A stretch of DNA of 61,125 bases, filler included, from Basidioascus undulatus (lineage: Eukaryota), in the NCBI GenBank assembly GCA_000826855.1. It is 5 parts of 5 records of this genome, joined end to end, with 100 filler letters (N's around TTAATTAATTAA, not from the genome) between each part and the next. Parts side by side here need not be neighbours in the genome. Positions count along the whole stretch, not along the records: positions 24,515 to 36,658 come from JTLS01000942.1; positions 36,759 to 48,899 come from JTLS01000943.1; 3 more parts are not named here. One strand, given 5' to 3'. Shown piece by piece: positions 24,515 to 36,768 of this stretch. How positions within the stretch are numbered: position 1 is the stretch's first letter; each line of letters begins with the position of its first letter. A program made the translations under genes and the position numbers. The notes under the pieces were generated by a model that was not told the origin of the DNA, made no database searches, and worked only from the letters and a program-made list of their open reading frames with translations.

Positions 24515-25434
24515 TGACACGGCGGGGCTTATTGGGCAGGAGGACCGACCCCGCCGGCAGCTCTTCTACGCATGTCGGATCTGCGACCACCGCGAGCCGG
24601 CAAAGGAGGCGAGGGTGTATGTGAATAATCTTAGGGCGGGGGGCGAGTGCGTTTTCCTCCCTTCCGGCCCTTCCCACACCTTCCCTCTGCCACCTTCCCC
24701 GCCCTCCCTCCCGATTCCCGCCGTTGAGAGGTTCCTGATGTAAGGGATGGACAGGGAGGAGACCGGCCTGACAAAGGGGATCTCGAAGGACCCTACGCTT
24801 GTACGTTCCCTCACCACCATGCTCTTCGTGCTCTGACGAATTCTGAACTGGTTGTGGGGGTAATAGGGGCGGCGGATGATCTACTGCCCCGGAAAGTGCA
24901 GGACTTTCAACCCGTGAGTTTCTTTTCACTCCTTGTCAATTTCCAGGAGGTCGATCTGGGGTGTTGATTGGTGTGCGCGGACGGCCGGACAGCTGCGTCT
25001 ACTTCCAGGACCAGTCTCGCCGCACCACAACGGGAATGACGCTCTTCTACGGTACGTCCTGTCCTGCACTTCGTCCTCCATTTCATTTTTCTCTCCCTCT
25101 CTCCCTCTTGAAAAGCTGATATGGGTTGGGTGGGGTGGGGTGGCGGATAGTCTGCACCCAATGCGAAACAGTCTTCAAAGACCCGAAGCTCGAAGGGCGG
25201 GAGGTTCCGGAGCCGGAGGAGGAGGCGGTGTGGGTTATGGAGAAATACAAGGATGCGGGGGGGTTGAAGGCGCCGGAACAGGTAAAAGGAAAGGGAAAGG
25301 GGAAGGAGAAGGAGACGGAGGTGGAGCAGGAGAAGGAGAGGAAGAAGGTAGTGAGCGAGGAGGAGGCGGAGGCGGAGGCGGCGCGGGCCAAGCCGGAGGC
25401 TGTTAAGGCGTTGATGTGGGGGATGTGGGATTGA
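24515..25434 (+). CDS. RPB9: RNA polymerase II subunit Rpb9-like protein (5' truncated), divergent, with a charged C-terminal extension
   Basis: Spliced: EDRPRRQLFYACRICDHREPAKEARVYVNNL.../GETGLTKGISKDPTL/GRRMIYCPGKCRTFNP/CVYFQDQSRRTTTGMTLFY/VCTQCETVFKDP... DPTL, FQ..RR...MTLFYVC..C and both zinc ribbons are recognisable. Confidence 0.82.
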
Positions 25435-28393
25435 GGGGGAGGGACCGCCGAAGGTGACGGGGGAGTTGGAGAGGCGCGGCTGGGTTGGGATGGGAGGAAA
25501 TGCGAGTGTCCGGTCCAGGGTGCGGGAAGGTGTTGGAACTTGGATGGACTGAACGGAGTGCATCGGGCTGCCGAGCTCGCAGTCGACCGAGTAGTTTTTC
25601 CTCTTTTGAAATATCACGCATTACTGGAACTCTGATAGGACAGAAAAGCCGTCTGGGAATAGTATGGGAGTCCGACACTCCTCGAAGAATGCATCGTCGC
25701 GGGCATAACCTGTCAAGTACTCTGCAAGGATCTTCGAAAGGAAAAGGTCCTTGTGCTGTCAGATCTACAGTCTTACGCTGAAGTTGCTTAATTTGTGATA
25801 ACCTCCTGCTCACAGCTGGTCTAGCTGGTAGAATGGGAGCCCGGAGCTTTTAAGCACATGCTGTCTCCTATTCACTCGTTTGACTGCGCCCACATCACAT
25901 GACGGAACCTTCTACTGCTCTTCTACGTGTCCAAGTAATATTGCGATACTTCTGCCGTGCAAGCGTGGCGGCGTCGTACCGAAGTTAGCCAGCTGCCGAC
26001 GTGTCATCATTGCAACGTGCAGCCGGTTGCGCGGCACTGATGCACGCCCATGCAATTTTGGACAAGCTCCTCATGCAGGTCTGAGACCGTATGCTCGTAT
26101 TTGATGTAATGCTTAGTCTAGAATGATCAAGCGCGACGAACAGGGAACCACTCCGGCCCTTTACCCCTCCTCAAAAGCCCACATTCTCCCACAGCAAAAC
26201 AAGTTGAAGCACCTTAATCGGCTTTCTCTCCTTGGAGTCTGATTCGAGCAGCAAGATAATATTAACACATCCTACCCAGAGCCAATAGGTCTCCCGGTCG
26301 CGGGAGGCCAATCTGCAAAGGAGCGGTGCGTCATAGCGAACCAGGCTGGACACGCTCGGGTCTACTTCTCAACGAGATGCAATACTCCCTCGCTTGACTA
26401 TCTCCACTTTTTGAAGGTTAAACCCTCCCACTGGACTTTCCTCAGTAGCGGACGCTCGCCCAGTGCCACGGCTTGTGCGACTCGGCGCGTTCGTCAAGGC
26501 CCAGGAGTTGTCCACCAGCGGCGGCAACTGGGAGGATTGCTTCAAATACTTTGGTTGAGGCGTATGGCAGAGCACAGTCAGGATGTGGAAACTAGAGTAT
26601 ATGGGATTCAATCTAGTCTTTCCATGTTCCACGGTTGTGACTGCCGCACAAGAAAATGCCAGTCAGTCGTCCTCCAATTGGAAAGGACGAGCTGCACCGT
26701 CCCAAGCGAAAAGCCTCTGTGACGGGTAGATGTTTCGTGAGCTTGACTGGCAATCTATGGTTGATACAGATATCCATTCATGCTTCAGTAAATCTAATTC
26801 CACCGGAGACATGTCCAATTGTTTTCACACATTGCTGCTTGCTACAGTCCGGCAACCAACCATGTGCAATGAGCCTGCCGGCACCGCGCGCCTTGCGTAT
26901 GTTATGTGACATGCCTCCACAGATGATTATTGTACCACGAACGGACGTGCGGGGGAAGTACTTTGTCCAAGTAGGTCAGAGCCACAGTTTAATATCGCAG
27001 TAAAAGTGGGGAACAGAGTTAAACGAAACTCGCAGTCCGTTCGTGCGCAGCTTGATGAACCTGTGCAGGTCGTATGCTTTTTCGTAACAACTCTTCACTT
27101 GCACCAACTTCTATCAGACCTGGCACTAAAATCTGCAGCCCCACCAAAGCCGCCGCCGTGTTATGGGTGCCCTGCCCCATGTTGCTTTTCAAAAAAGAGA
27201 TTTAAAGGTATGAAAGCGTGAGGTTGGAAAGCGATTTGTTTTCAAAGCGCAGAACTCACCGGTTGTGGCGCTGGAGTTGACCTCAACGATCTGGAACAAA
27301 CTCATGAGCGGGCTTTGGGAGGTCTAATTTCACGAAGTGGTTGCTCTTGTACACAGAGCGCATCCTTCCTGAGTATCTCACGTTTTCTGAATTGCATTTG
27401 CCGTTGAGCCCAGAAGATCACAGTGCGGCCTTCCCCACCTTCCGGCGACATGCCGCGCCCTCCTGAGCTCACCTGTTCTCAAACCCTCTGCGGTAACCGG
27501 CAGCGGGGCCGAAGAACTCGTGTTTGTGGGGACAAACTTAGGGATATAGAATAGAAGGAGGACGCGGAGAGGTTGCGGGACTGCGACACTTGGGAGATAC
27601 TGTCGAAGGCTTGCAAGTCTTTATGTGTTTTGATCTTGTTTGCCTTCTCTGACGCTGTCCCCGATAGACTTGTTTGAGCCACCTCCATTACCCATACTAT
27701 GCAAAATGGCTAAACCCCTACAGTCATCAGCTCAGTCACCGATTGTACCCACCTTGGACTGGGAACTTGCTTCCAGGCAGCTTCGGTAAGCAGCCCTCGG
27801 TTGAGGTCTCGCTGCTGGCAAGGCATCCTTTACCTGCTCCCAGCTATGGATATATTTCGTATATAAAGAGAGATATTCACACCCACTGCAGCCTGGCCTC
27901 TTTGAGGCTCTAAGCAGTGCAACGTGGCGCATGTACCGGGAGAAAGAAGTTTACCTTCCTCGCGAAAACTGAGTACGCAGCCTGATTCAGCTTTTGGGGA
28001 GCTTTTTTCCTCTTCCGGGTAAGCTGAAAACGAAACCACTGTTGAAAGTATGGGAAGGAGGCAAACGAGTGGAAGCATCGTGGTTGCCATTCTGATGGAT
28101 GTTCACATGCGCTGCCTCACGCGGTTGGGCACATTGTGGTATATGACGCGACTGTCACAATAATATGCTCTGTCCGGAAGTACGAAATATTAAACCAGGG
28201 CCTAAGCGCGGTGCCTCGTTGCTGATCCGAGAAGTGCCGGAAACGCTGCGAGGATCGGATGAGGACTGCACTGCGGCCGCGCGTGCCTGTTGTCTCCCGA
28301 CCGCCACCATCTCCATCACCCCACGCATTATCAAAGCCGCTTCTCGCCCGATCGAACCAACCTACCCTCACACCTGGACAAAGTACTTTGGAA

Positions 28394-29170
28394 ATGGTCC
28401 TCGCTCATCTCTTCCCGGAGACTCATGCCCTCATCATCGCCGAGGTCGGCGCCCTCTCGCACCCTCTCGCACCCTCTCGCACCCTCTCACACCCTCTCGC
28501 ACCCTCTCGCACCCTCTCGCCTACACCCGAGACACCGCCACTCTCGCTTCGTTCTGCCCCGTATTCCGCGCTTTCAACGGGGTCGCGACCCGGCTTCTTT
28601 ACAACTCGCAGTCTCTTAGACAGAGGCTCAGGTGTTGAAGCTCGCACAGACCGCAAAGAGCAAGCCACAGCTACTCGCCCTGACTCATTCGCTTCTCATG
28701 AGCTTCGCCTCATATCTCCTGAACATGAGATTTCTCCCGGCAATATGTAACCTGCGAAGAGTCTACACGAATATTTCACATCTGGGCAACCCCGACCCTC
28801 CCCTCACCCTGGAAGAATGCTCGTTGCCGTCTTTCCGAAATGCCTGGGTTCACGCCGGAGACAGTCATGCGCTTTGCGCTGTATTTTATCACCTTCGACA
28901 TCGGCATCGAGGTGGATTCGCTGCCCGAAATGTCTTGCCTCACTCCTGTCGCTGTCTACCTTGCCGCCAAGCCTGACGAGCAATACCTGAGCGGGCTGTT
29001 GCGCTTCGTGACCAGCGCGCCTGCGCTGCGCAAGCTTATTTTAGACGACGTGTTCCGACGACGTGTTCCCAGACTGGTTGGGTCTCCGGGACAGAGCGAA
29101 AAACGCATTGCCTAAAGCTTCCGAGACAGTTTCTATAACGCATACCCAGCTGAAAGAAGAGGGCAAGTTT
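28394..29170 (+). pseudogene. F-box-like hypothetical gene, copy A, frameshifted
   Basis: MVLAHLFPETHALIIAE...ATLASFCPVFRAFNGVATRLLY...KLAQTAKSKPQLLALTHS...EQYLSGLLRFVTSAPALRKLI spread over several frames. Paralogous to 30600-31388. Confidence 0.6.
28451..28520 (+). repeat. 10-bp minisatellite (ACCCTCTCGC) x7
   Basis: gccctctcgc accctctcgc accctctcgc accctctcac accctctcgc accctctcgc accctctcgc. Confidence 0.95.
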
Positions 29171-30599
29171 TTTGCTGCTCGCATCCTTGATAGAACCCTG
29201 TGGGAGCTTGGAGAGTAGGTGGACGTGGGGCTGTTTTTTATCTGGGTGGGACGCTTGCGGTTCGTGGCATCCTGAGAGCGAACCGTCCTCATCTGACCTT
29301 GCCGCGATGACCCTCGTGCCGTTTCGCAAGCATCGGCCACGCTGCCTGCCGACTCTTCTCTACAATAACGTAATGCACCTATGCCGCTGCACCGAAAACG
29401 CAAGATGTATTGCGCCCACAGCGCACAGCATTGAGCGTTACGGCCGGGCCGTAGGGAGGAAGAGCTGCTATTCAGCTCAGCGAGCTCAACACCACGCGCC
29501 AGCATTTGGTAGGGCTGGAATGGAGGAAGATGGAGATGTGATGGCTCTAAACGTTTAGAAGGCGAGTCCAGCATCAACTCGTCTGTCCAGCATCAACTCG
29601 TCTGGTGCCTGCGTGAACTGCAGGACGGCGAGTGCTGGCCATGTAAGTATTCTTGAAACTGTGAAGGTGGGAGGAATTACCTGTATGTATAAGGAAGTTA
29701 CCGTATAGGAATGAAGGTATGACTGCCGACAACTGGCAGCAACGCGGAGGGGGATAACGGGGAGGGAGGGAAAGAGGTGTGGACGCTGGGAAGGGGCGCC
29801 CTGGGGAGGTGCGTTGAATGGGGGGTGGAAGGGGGAGAGTGGGTGCCGCGCGGAGCGATAAGTGGGATTGGGATAGGGGCGAAGGACGTTGAAAGTGGAT
29901 TGTGATTGTGGATGCTTGTAGTCGGTAGATGTATCACGTCCTTCCTTTGGATTTTGTCTTCCCGCGGGTCAAAGATGCGGTCCAGCTGCAGCTGGCCACA
30001 ACTTGGCGTCCACTTTACATCATCTGTCCACTCTGTCTGGCCGCGTACACGAAGCGGTTTGTTTCAGCACAGGCTCACCGCTTCTCCGGAGAGCGGCAAA
30101 CACCGCTTCCTCTACCCCGCTGTTAGGTCAGGCCTGCTTCGGCGCAATGCGCTCAAGCGAGGTTAAAACTACCCGTCGTTGGGGTTCATGAAGCAGTCCT
30201 TCCACAAGACCTTTCGACTTTGTCTTCTAGAGTTTCTGGCTTAGGTAGCTGGATCATCTGAGTAAGCTAAACAGTGAGCACCGTCACAGGCGTTGAGTGT
30301 ACTCGGATGCACGGTGCCACAAGGCAGACGCCCGCCTTGGTCATGCGGCAGTGTGAAAGTCGGGTGGAATATGATTTGAGGGGTAGGACCATCTACAATG
30401 TACGAGTAGCACTTGAACTTGACCGACTTGCAATGCGCAATTTTGCAGGTGCAGCACAGCCCACGCTCATACACTTGCGACTTTCGAAGAGAGCCTTGCT
30501 CGTTATGTACGCTTCGAGTTCTGCCCAGCACTACCGACACAAAGACAGCCACAAGCGCCGCACCCCTATGAAAGGCCGACGATATCCACCTACTCTCTG

Positions 30600-31388
30600 A
30601 GCTCCCCAGCGTTCCGTCAACGACATGACCAATGAAACGCCTGCCTGCTTCTTTGTAGCTGGGCGTGCGAAATGACAACCACCTTTGCTCGGAACGCCGA
30701 ACGCCTTAGGCAAAGCCTCCTTCATCATTACAGACAATTCTTTCCCTTTATATCCTGAGGGCGCAGTAATGTGGGCGCTATAGGCAAAAATGAGTTTACG
30801 CAGCGCAGGCGCGCTAGTCACGAAACGCAAGATGCCACTCAGGTATTGCTCCTTGTACTTGGCGACGACGTAGACAGCGACATGAGTGAGGCGATACATT
30901 GCAAGTAGTGAATCCACCTCGGCCGCAAGATTGAAGGAGGGCCGCTACAGCGCAAGGCGCTGGACCGTCGCCGGCGCGGACTCCAAGACTTCAAGAAGAT
31001 CGGCGTAGGGCATGGAACACTCTTCTAGTGCGAATGGAGGGGCGGGGCTTACCGGTGACATGGGGCTGCATCAAGAGTCTCTTCATCTCACACATCCCCG
31101 AAAAGAGAACTCCACTTTCGTGATGTGACAGGTACGTCTGTGTCAGAAACGAATGAGTTAGAGCGAATAGCTGCGGGTTGCTTTCAACGGTTTTTGCGAG
31201 CTTCGAGACCTGAGCCATCGTGGAGAGACTGATCGACTCATAGAGCAGGCGGGTAGTCACCGCGTTGAACGAGCGCGAGATGAGGCAGAGCGAGGCGACA
31301 GTGCGGGGCATCTCGGGTGTAGGCGAGAGGGTGCGAGTGAGCGTGATAATGAGGCGTGGATCTCGGGGAAGAGCTGCGGCAGGACCAT
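30600..31388 (-). pseudogene. F-box-like hypothetical gene, copy B, frameshifted, convergent with copy A
   Basis: MVLPQLFPEIHA...TVASLCLISRSFNAVTTRLLYESI...KLAKTVESNPQLFALTHSF...EQYLSGILRFVTSAPALRKLI, closely similar to copy A. Confidence 0.6.
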
Positions 31389-31959
31389 CTCGAAGTTATT
31401 TTGTGAATTCTTTAAGGTCGACGGATATGCTTTCGGTGGCGGTTGGCAGCGAGGGACGCGCGATGTCGGCGATGGTGGTGGGCAGGGGAAACACGGCACG
31501 TGCAGCGGCGATGCTATGACCTGCGTTCTCGCAGACCCCGACGGCACTTCGAGAAAGTATCAAACAGTTGTTATTGCTCTAGGGTCAAGTTTCGAAAATT
31601 ATCAAAAACTGGGCAGCTAACGCGAGGATCTCGTCAGCACCAACGATGTACTCAACTGAACACACGAGCTTTGGCGCCTGCGCTCAAGGCGTCCAAGCGA
31701 TCGAGATGTTTGTTGAATTAATGGAATTAGGTTATGACATCTTTATCTTATGAGTGCCCGCCTGGCTGTGGGGATTAGGGAGGACATCAGCTCGCTGGTC
31801 TGCAAGCATGGACAGGTGCTGAAGGTCAATCAGATCATGATAATAATCCCTCGTCTGACATCGTGTCCGTTTGAATACGGCGCACGGCCGGGAGGCGTTC
31901 TTGAAGTTCGTCCGACAGAAGGAATGACTGAAGGGGCACTCGCGCGGCTGACTCCCAGA

Positions 31960-32862
31960 CATTGACCCAAATTTCGAGGGTCTCGATCAGCGAATGACGA
32001 ATGTGCGCAAAGAATCATCGAAGAGACCGTCTGGGCCGACTTCGAGGTGCCGAAGATTGGGGCAGACGCCCGCCAGAGAAGCGAAGGTGACCATTCCGTC
32101 GAGACGCAAGCGACGAATGCGAGACCCAAGAGACGCGAGAACGCTCAGCAGGTTCTATATATGACCGGCGCCAGGGCTGAGGCTGATAGACAGCTCCTCC
32201 AGAGAAGGCAGAGAAGCGCATGCGAGTAGCAGGTTGATTGGACTCATGGTCCCAGGACGAATACTCGAGTGTTCTGGGAATTGGAAGATCGAAATTGCAG
32301 TCGGATTTGACAGGTTGGCTATCCTCTGCCACGTAAGGCAAAGATAGAGGACTTCGAGCTGTTTGCAACGCGACAGCATGGGAAAGACAACACCGGACTA
32401 ACCCGTGAGACCGATTTCGAGATGGCGAAGTAAGCTCGAATGGTTAGTCAATGACGAAAGAAGACTGATAGAATGGTGCACCGAAGGTCCAGAAAAGCCC
32501 TGGAGCGTGAACCGTTGGATGCGCCGCGCGAGAATGATGATCATTGCAAACATCGCGTCTACAGCGATCCGATCGGATAGGTCTGGGCCTTGATTGTACA
32601 CGTCCAGGGTCTGAACGCAATCAACAATAGCTGAGTCGCCCCTGGAGACGAGCATGAGGCAGTGACGATGAAGCTTGCGAACGTGCGACAGGGTGCGCAG
32701 TTCGAGATTCCGAAGCAGCAGCGGTGCAGCTGTGATCTGGGAGGGAAGCCCGCACACGTGAGCCCACGAAGCAGGATAATGGGAGACAGATTCATATCTC
32801 ACCTTCAACGCTTTGCTCACTACCACCAACGCATGAGTGGTGCAACGCCCAATCGGCTTCAC
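31960..32862 (-). pseudogene. F-box/RNI-like leucine-rich-repeat protein remnant
   Basis: One long frame with LRR-like strands (VQTLDV, IQRFTL, LRHLEI, LEVLYL, LEELSI) interrupted by in-frame TAG codons at 32398 and 32155. Confidence 0.5.
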
Positions 32863-33031
32863 CGTTCACACGGTAGGGAGTTGACTCCGATGTGCAGTCG
32901 CCAACGGTCGCTCATACAGTCGGTCGTGTAGTTGCAGTGAATCGCACGAGGCCAAAAGGAAAAGGAGAAGAAGCGAAGAATATATCGAAGTCATAGAGTA
33001 GAATAGACAGCGCATCAAGCACTCTGCCCGC

Positions 33032-36000
33032 TATCGCCCAGCGCCGCCCAACGCATCTCCAGGAGCATAGAGTGACTCGGGCCTGTAATGGTGGAGACGA
33101 GACAAGCGATCAGTTCCCCGCTTCCCATATTGCTGCACTGGAATCGGCGACTCACCGCTTTCCAAACAATGACTGAATCCTGGACAGCCTGTCTTCGTCG
33201 ACGGACGAGCGTACAGATGGAGAGGTCGGGGGAAGCTGATCAGCTGAGCAGGCTGGGGACATCGGCGTGCCGCCTAAGGAAAAGCGATCTGCACGAACAA
33301 CGTGGTTCTTCTATCAGCCCCACCGCGCTGCAAGACGAGAGCGTAGACACCAACTTACTCGGCGTCCCGCTGGAGTAACGGGGGTTGTTGGCTGTCGACG
33401 GCGAGGCTGGCGCGGTCGGCGTCGCAGCGCCGCCGCCGTTACGCTCCAGGTCTTCCGCCGCGTGTCGCGCGAGCACACGGCGAATAAACGCATTGAAGAC
33501 GTCACCCAAGTCTGCCAAGCGGCGCTCAATCCGCCCGGCATACTCCGGGTGCGCCTTCTGGAATTGGTAGAGCTCCGCGATGCCCTGTAACAGGACGAAA
33601 GGTGAGCGAAAAATTGCACGCTGCTCAACATTCGAGCGCACTACGCACCTGCTTGTTCGTCTCGCTCTCCGAGATCCGGTCGAAAATGAGACGCAGTTGC
33701 TCGCTGAGCTCCTCATCATCGCCCGACGCCGGGCTCGGGCCGGGGCTCGCCGCGACAGCCACAGCCGGCTGGACAGTCGCAGCGGACAGGGACATGCGCG
33801 ACGGCGTACCAAGCTTGAGGCTGGCTGGCCGAGCGAGGCGGCTCGGCGTACCCGACGAAGGTCGAGGCAGGCCGGACGACGCAGCAGGCGTGCCGCGCTC
33901 GGGCGTTTCCGGTCGGCCGTCGTCCGCGGTGGGCGTGGAAGCGGTGCCGTTCGCAGGTGCGGGGTGGGGTTGGAGACCGAGCGCGCCGGAATCGGTCGCT
34001 GAACCGGCTGCGGTGTTGGAGCGGTTGATGAGTCGGAAGAGGTACATGTAGATGTTCGAGTCTTCGGGAGCGGGGAAGAAGTCCATCTTCTCGTACACGC
34101 CCTCGCCGTAGACGGCTACATGGGAAAATGGCAGTCAGACACACTCGCTCTACCTAGCGAACGCGGCGCTCGTTTCTCACCGACGATGCTCTGCACGATC
34201 GTCTTGACGGTTCTCAGCGGGGTGTCGCCCAAAGCCGTGTCCTCCGCCGCACGAGTACGCCATTCCATCTGCATGTGGCCGGCATCAGTCCAATCCCTAT
34301 CCAATAGCGCGGCTCAGCGTAAAGACTGACCGGAGGAATCTTCTGCAGGAACTTCTCGAGCGTCCAGAGGAGCTGGCTGGGATCAAGGCGCTCGGCCATG
34401 AGGTCCTCCTTGACGTTGCGCGCCGTCTTCCACACGCATTTGAGAACGAGCTCAGGCAGCTTCGCCTCGGGCGCGTCGGACGTGACGCCTTGCTCGCGCA
34501 GGCCAATCGTCGCAGCCGCGAGCAGGTCGAAGAGCGCACTGCGGAACGAGCCTAATTAGCATCACGCGCAGACCAGGAGGGAAGGGCGGCGGAACTGGCT
34601 CAAACGCACTCGAAGATTGCCGAAAGGTCCCCATGCGTGAACAGCCGAAGGAGGAGCATGTTGATGAAGCGCGACAGATCTTTGAGATCAGGGTTCTCGG
34701 CCGTCTGCAGAAGCCGCGTCGTGAGCTCCTCGAGCAGTGCGCGAAGCGAATCCGTCGAAAGCGAGCCAGCGAGCGTGGGCTGGTCGATAAACGCGTTGAG
34801 CGTTTGGATGAGGTGCTTCGCCAGCCGCAAGATCGGCTTCGTCCGCGCCTCGTCGTCGAGGACCTCGCGTAAACGCTCGAACGTGTGCATCATCTGCATC
34901 GTGATATTGGTCACGAGCCGATCGGCCTGCGCGGTGAGGTAGTCGGACGGTGACTCGAGCGCGCGTTGGATCAGCTTGAGGGAGTCGACACAGCGGTTCG
35001 GATCGTCGAAGTCGTTGATGATCAAGTGTAGCGCCTCGTTGAGCTCGTCCTCCGCTGACCTCGGCCGTCGAGGCGGCTGGTGGCTAAGCCTGTTCGGCTG
35101 GGTCACAGGCGGCGCCGACATGAGGTCGTCCTCCTCCTCGTATACGTCCGTCCGCGGTGGCGGCGCGCGAGCGATGGAGGGGGCTCGAAGCCTCGAGGAG
35201 GGAGCCGTGGGGAGCGAGAACGACGACGCGCTCGAACCGCCCGACTGGGGCAGCGCAGACGGACCTGGTCTGCCGAGCACCGAGGGCGGACGGATGCCTC
35301 GCGGACCACCGATTCTTGAAACGCCGGAAGGAGCAACGATTTTGCGGGGCGTGCCTTGACTAGAACCGCCGCCGTTGGCAACAGCGGGCGACTCGGACCG
35401 TGCGACGGACCGGGCGGACAGACGCGACTCGGATCGAGAGGAGGGAGCGGGAGAGACGGAGCGGACGGTAGCGGGGGAGGCCGAGCGGGCGAAGGCAGGA
35501 GAGGAGGGGTGAGCAGCGGGTTGAGCGAGACGGGAGACGGTGGCTGGTCGCGCGGGGGTGTTGGTGTCGGCCTTGATGGGGATGCGCTTCAAGCGCTCCT
35601 CGAGCATGCTGTGCTCTTTGGGAGGTAGCTTGCCGACGTACGACCATACTTGATCGCCAAGGATCTTATACGCCTCGCTGCAGATAGAATCAGGTGTTAG
35701 ACTTCGGTCGCAGCCGGGCTAGAGAAGGAAGACGGACCCTAGAGCGCCGAGTGCAGATATTCGGACAGAGGAATCGCGGTCCGAGATGAAGGCGGCGATG
35801 GCCGGGAGCGCCTTGCTCGGGTTGCAGACGTTGAGACCGTGGCGGTTGATGAGCGCGCCAAGCTCTTCGAGCGACTCTGCGCGGGTGCGAGCGTTCTTCG
35901 ACTTGACGCCGTGGTCGAGAAGCTGCAGGAGGATCTTGCTCGGGGCGAAGATGCGCGCCATGTTCTTCATGATCGCTCGGATACGAGCGCGGATTGCCTC

Positions 36001-36658
36001 CTTCGGGTCGCCAGTCTGGCAAGCACCACGGGCATCAGCACGTCGTCGCCGAGTACAAGGGAAAAATGACCGACCTTCGCAATGAAGGCTGGCAAAAAGG
36101 CGTTGGCCTCGTAGTCGCTGAGCTGGGCGTTCTGCTCGTCGATGAGGGCGACGGTGTGCTCGACGACGTCCAGCGACTTGATGAGGATGCTCGTATTGGT
36201 GTCGGGCAGCCGGAGCGTGACGTATTTCAGGATGAGGTCGGCGTTGGCGATGAGCACAGCGCGCGCTTCCTCGGTGCCGAGCCCGTACTTGTCGGCGTCC
36301 GCGAGCGCGTCTTGCAAGGCGTCGTCCATGAGCGAAAGACCCGCGAGATGATCTCGTTCGGCATGGTGGTCGGTGCTGAAGAGGAGAGCGCGGAGGGCGG
36401 GGCTGGCGTGCGCCTGCATCTGATGCTCGAGATGGTCGACCAGGTCCGGTCGCGGACCGCCGCCGTCCATATTCCACCGAGCGCCCTCCTTCGCGGCACG
36501 AGCCTTCTTCGCGTTCGCATCGGCGGTCAGGAACGGTGCTGATAGGCCCGCGTCCGGCGTCGCAGATGCCGAAGACGTAGCAGCGGTACTGCTGGACGCG
36601 ATACGCGACGAGGGGGCGGGTATCAGCGGTGGCGGGTAGGTCGTCGTGGGGATAGCAC
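33032..36658 (-). CDS. STU2: XMAP215/ch-TOG microtubule polymerase (Stu2/Alp14 family), C-terminal half
   Basis: TOG5-type HEAT repeats: DLILKYVTLRLPDTNTSILIKSLD, EANAFLPAFIAK/TGDPKEAIRARIR, KSKNARTRAESLEELG, IAAFISDRDSSVR. The conserved C-terminal helical region follows (DTPLRTVKTI; QGIAELYQF). Multiple introns. Confidence 0.9.
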
Positions 36659-36758
36659 NNNNNNNNNNNNNNNNNNNNNNNNNNNNNNNNNNNNNNNNNN
36701 NNTTAATTAATTAANNNNNNNNNNNNNNNNNNNNNNNNNNNNNNNNNNNNNNNNNNNN
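36659..36758. other. Artificial contig-join spacer
   Basis: N44-TTAATTAATTAA-N44. Confidence 0.97.
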
Positions 36759-36768
36759 CTTCCGATCT
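36759..36768 (+). other. Probable Illumina adapter remnant at contig start
   Basis: The first ten bases are CTTCCGATCT, the 3' end of the Illumina adapter (reverse complement AGATCGGAAG). It interrupts the adjacent minus-strand frame. Confidence 0.7.

Noticed and set aside
29566..29603. 19-bp tandem duplication GTCCAGCATCAACTCGTCT x2
   Set aside because: Two abutting copies with no spacer or element; ordinary slippage.
33580..36542. Long plus-strand ORFs opposite STU2 (and similar antisense ORFs opposite PDC, MCH1 and the LPMO)
   Set aside because: These are expected shadow ORFs of GC-rich coding sequence.
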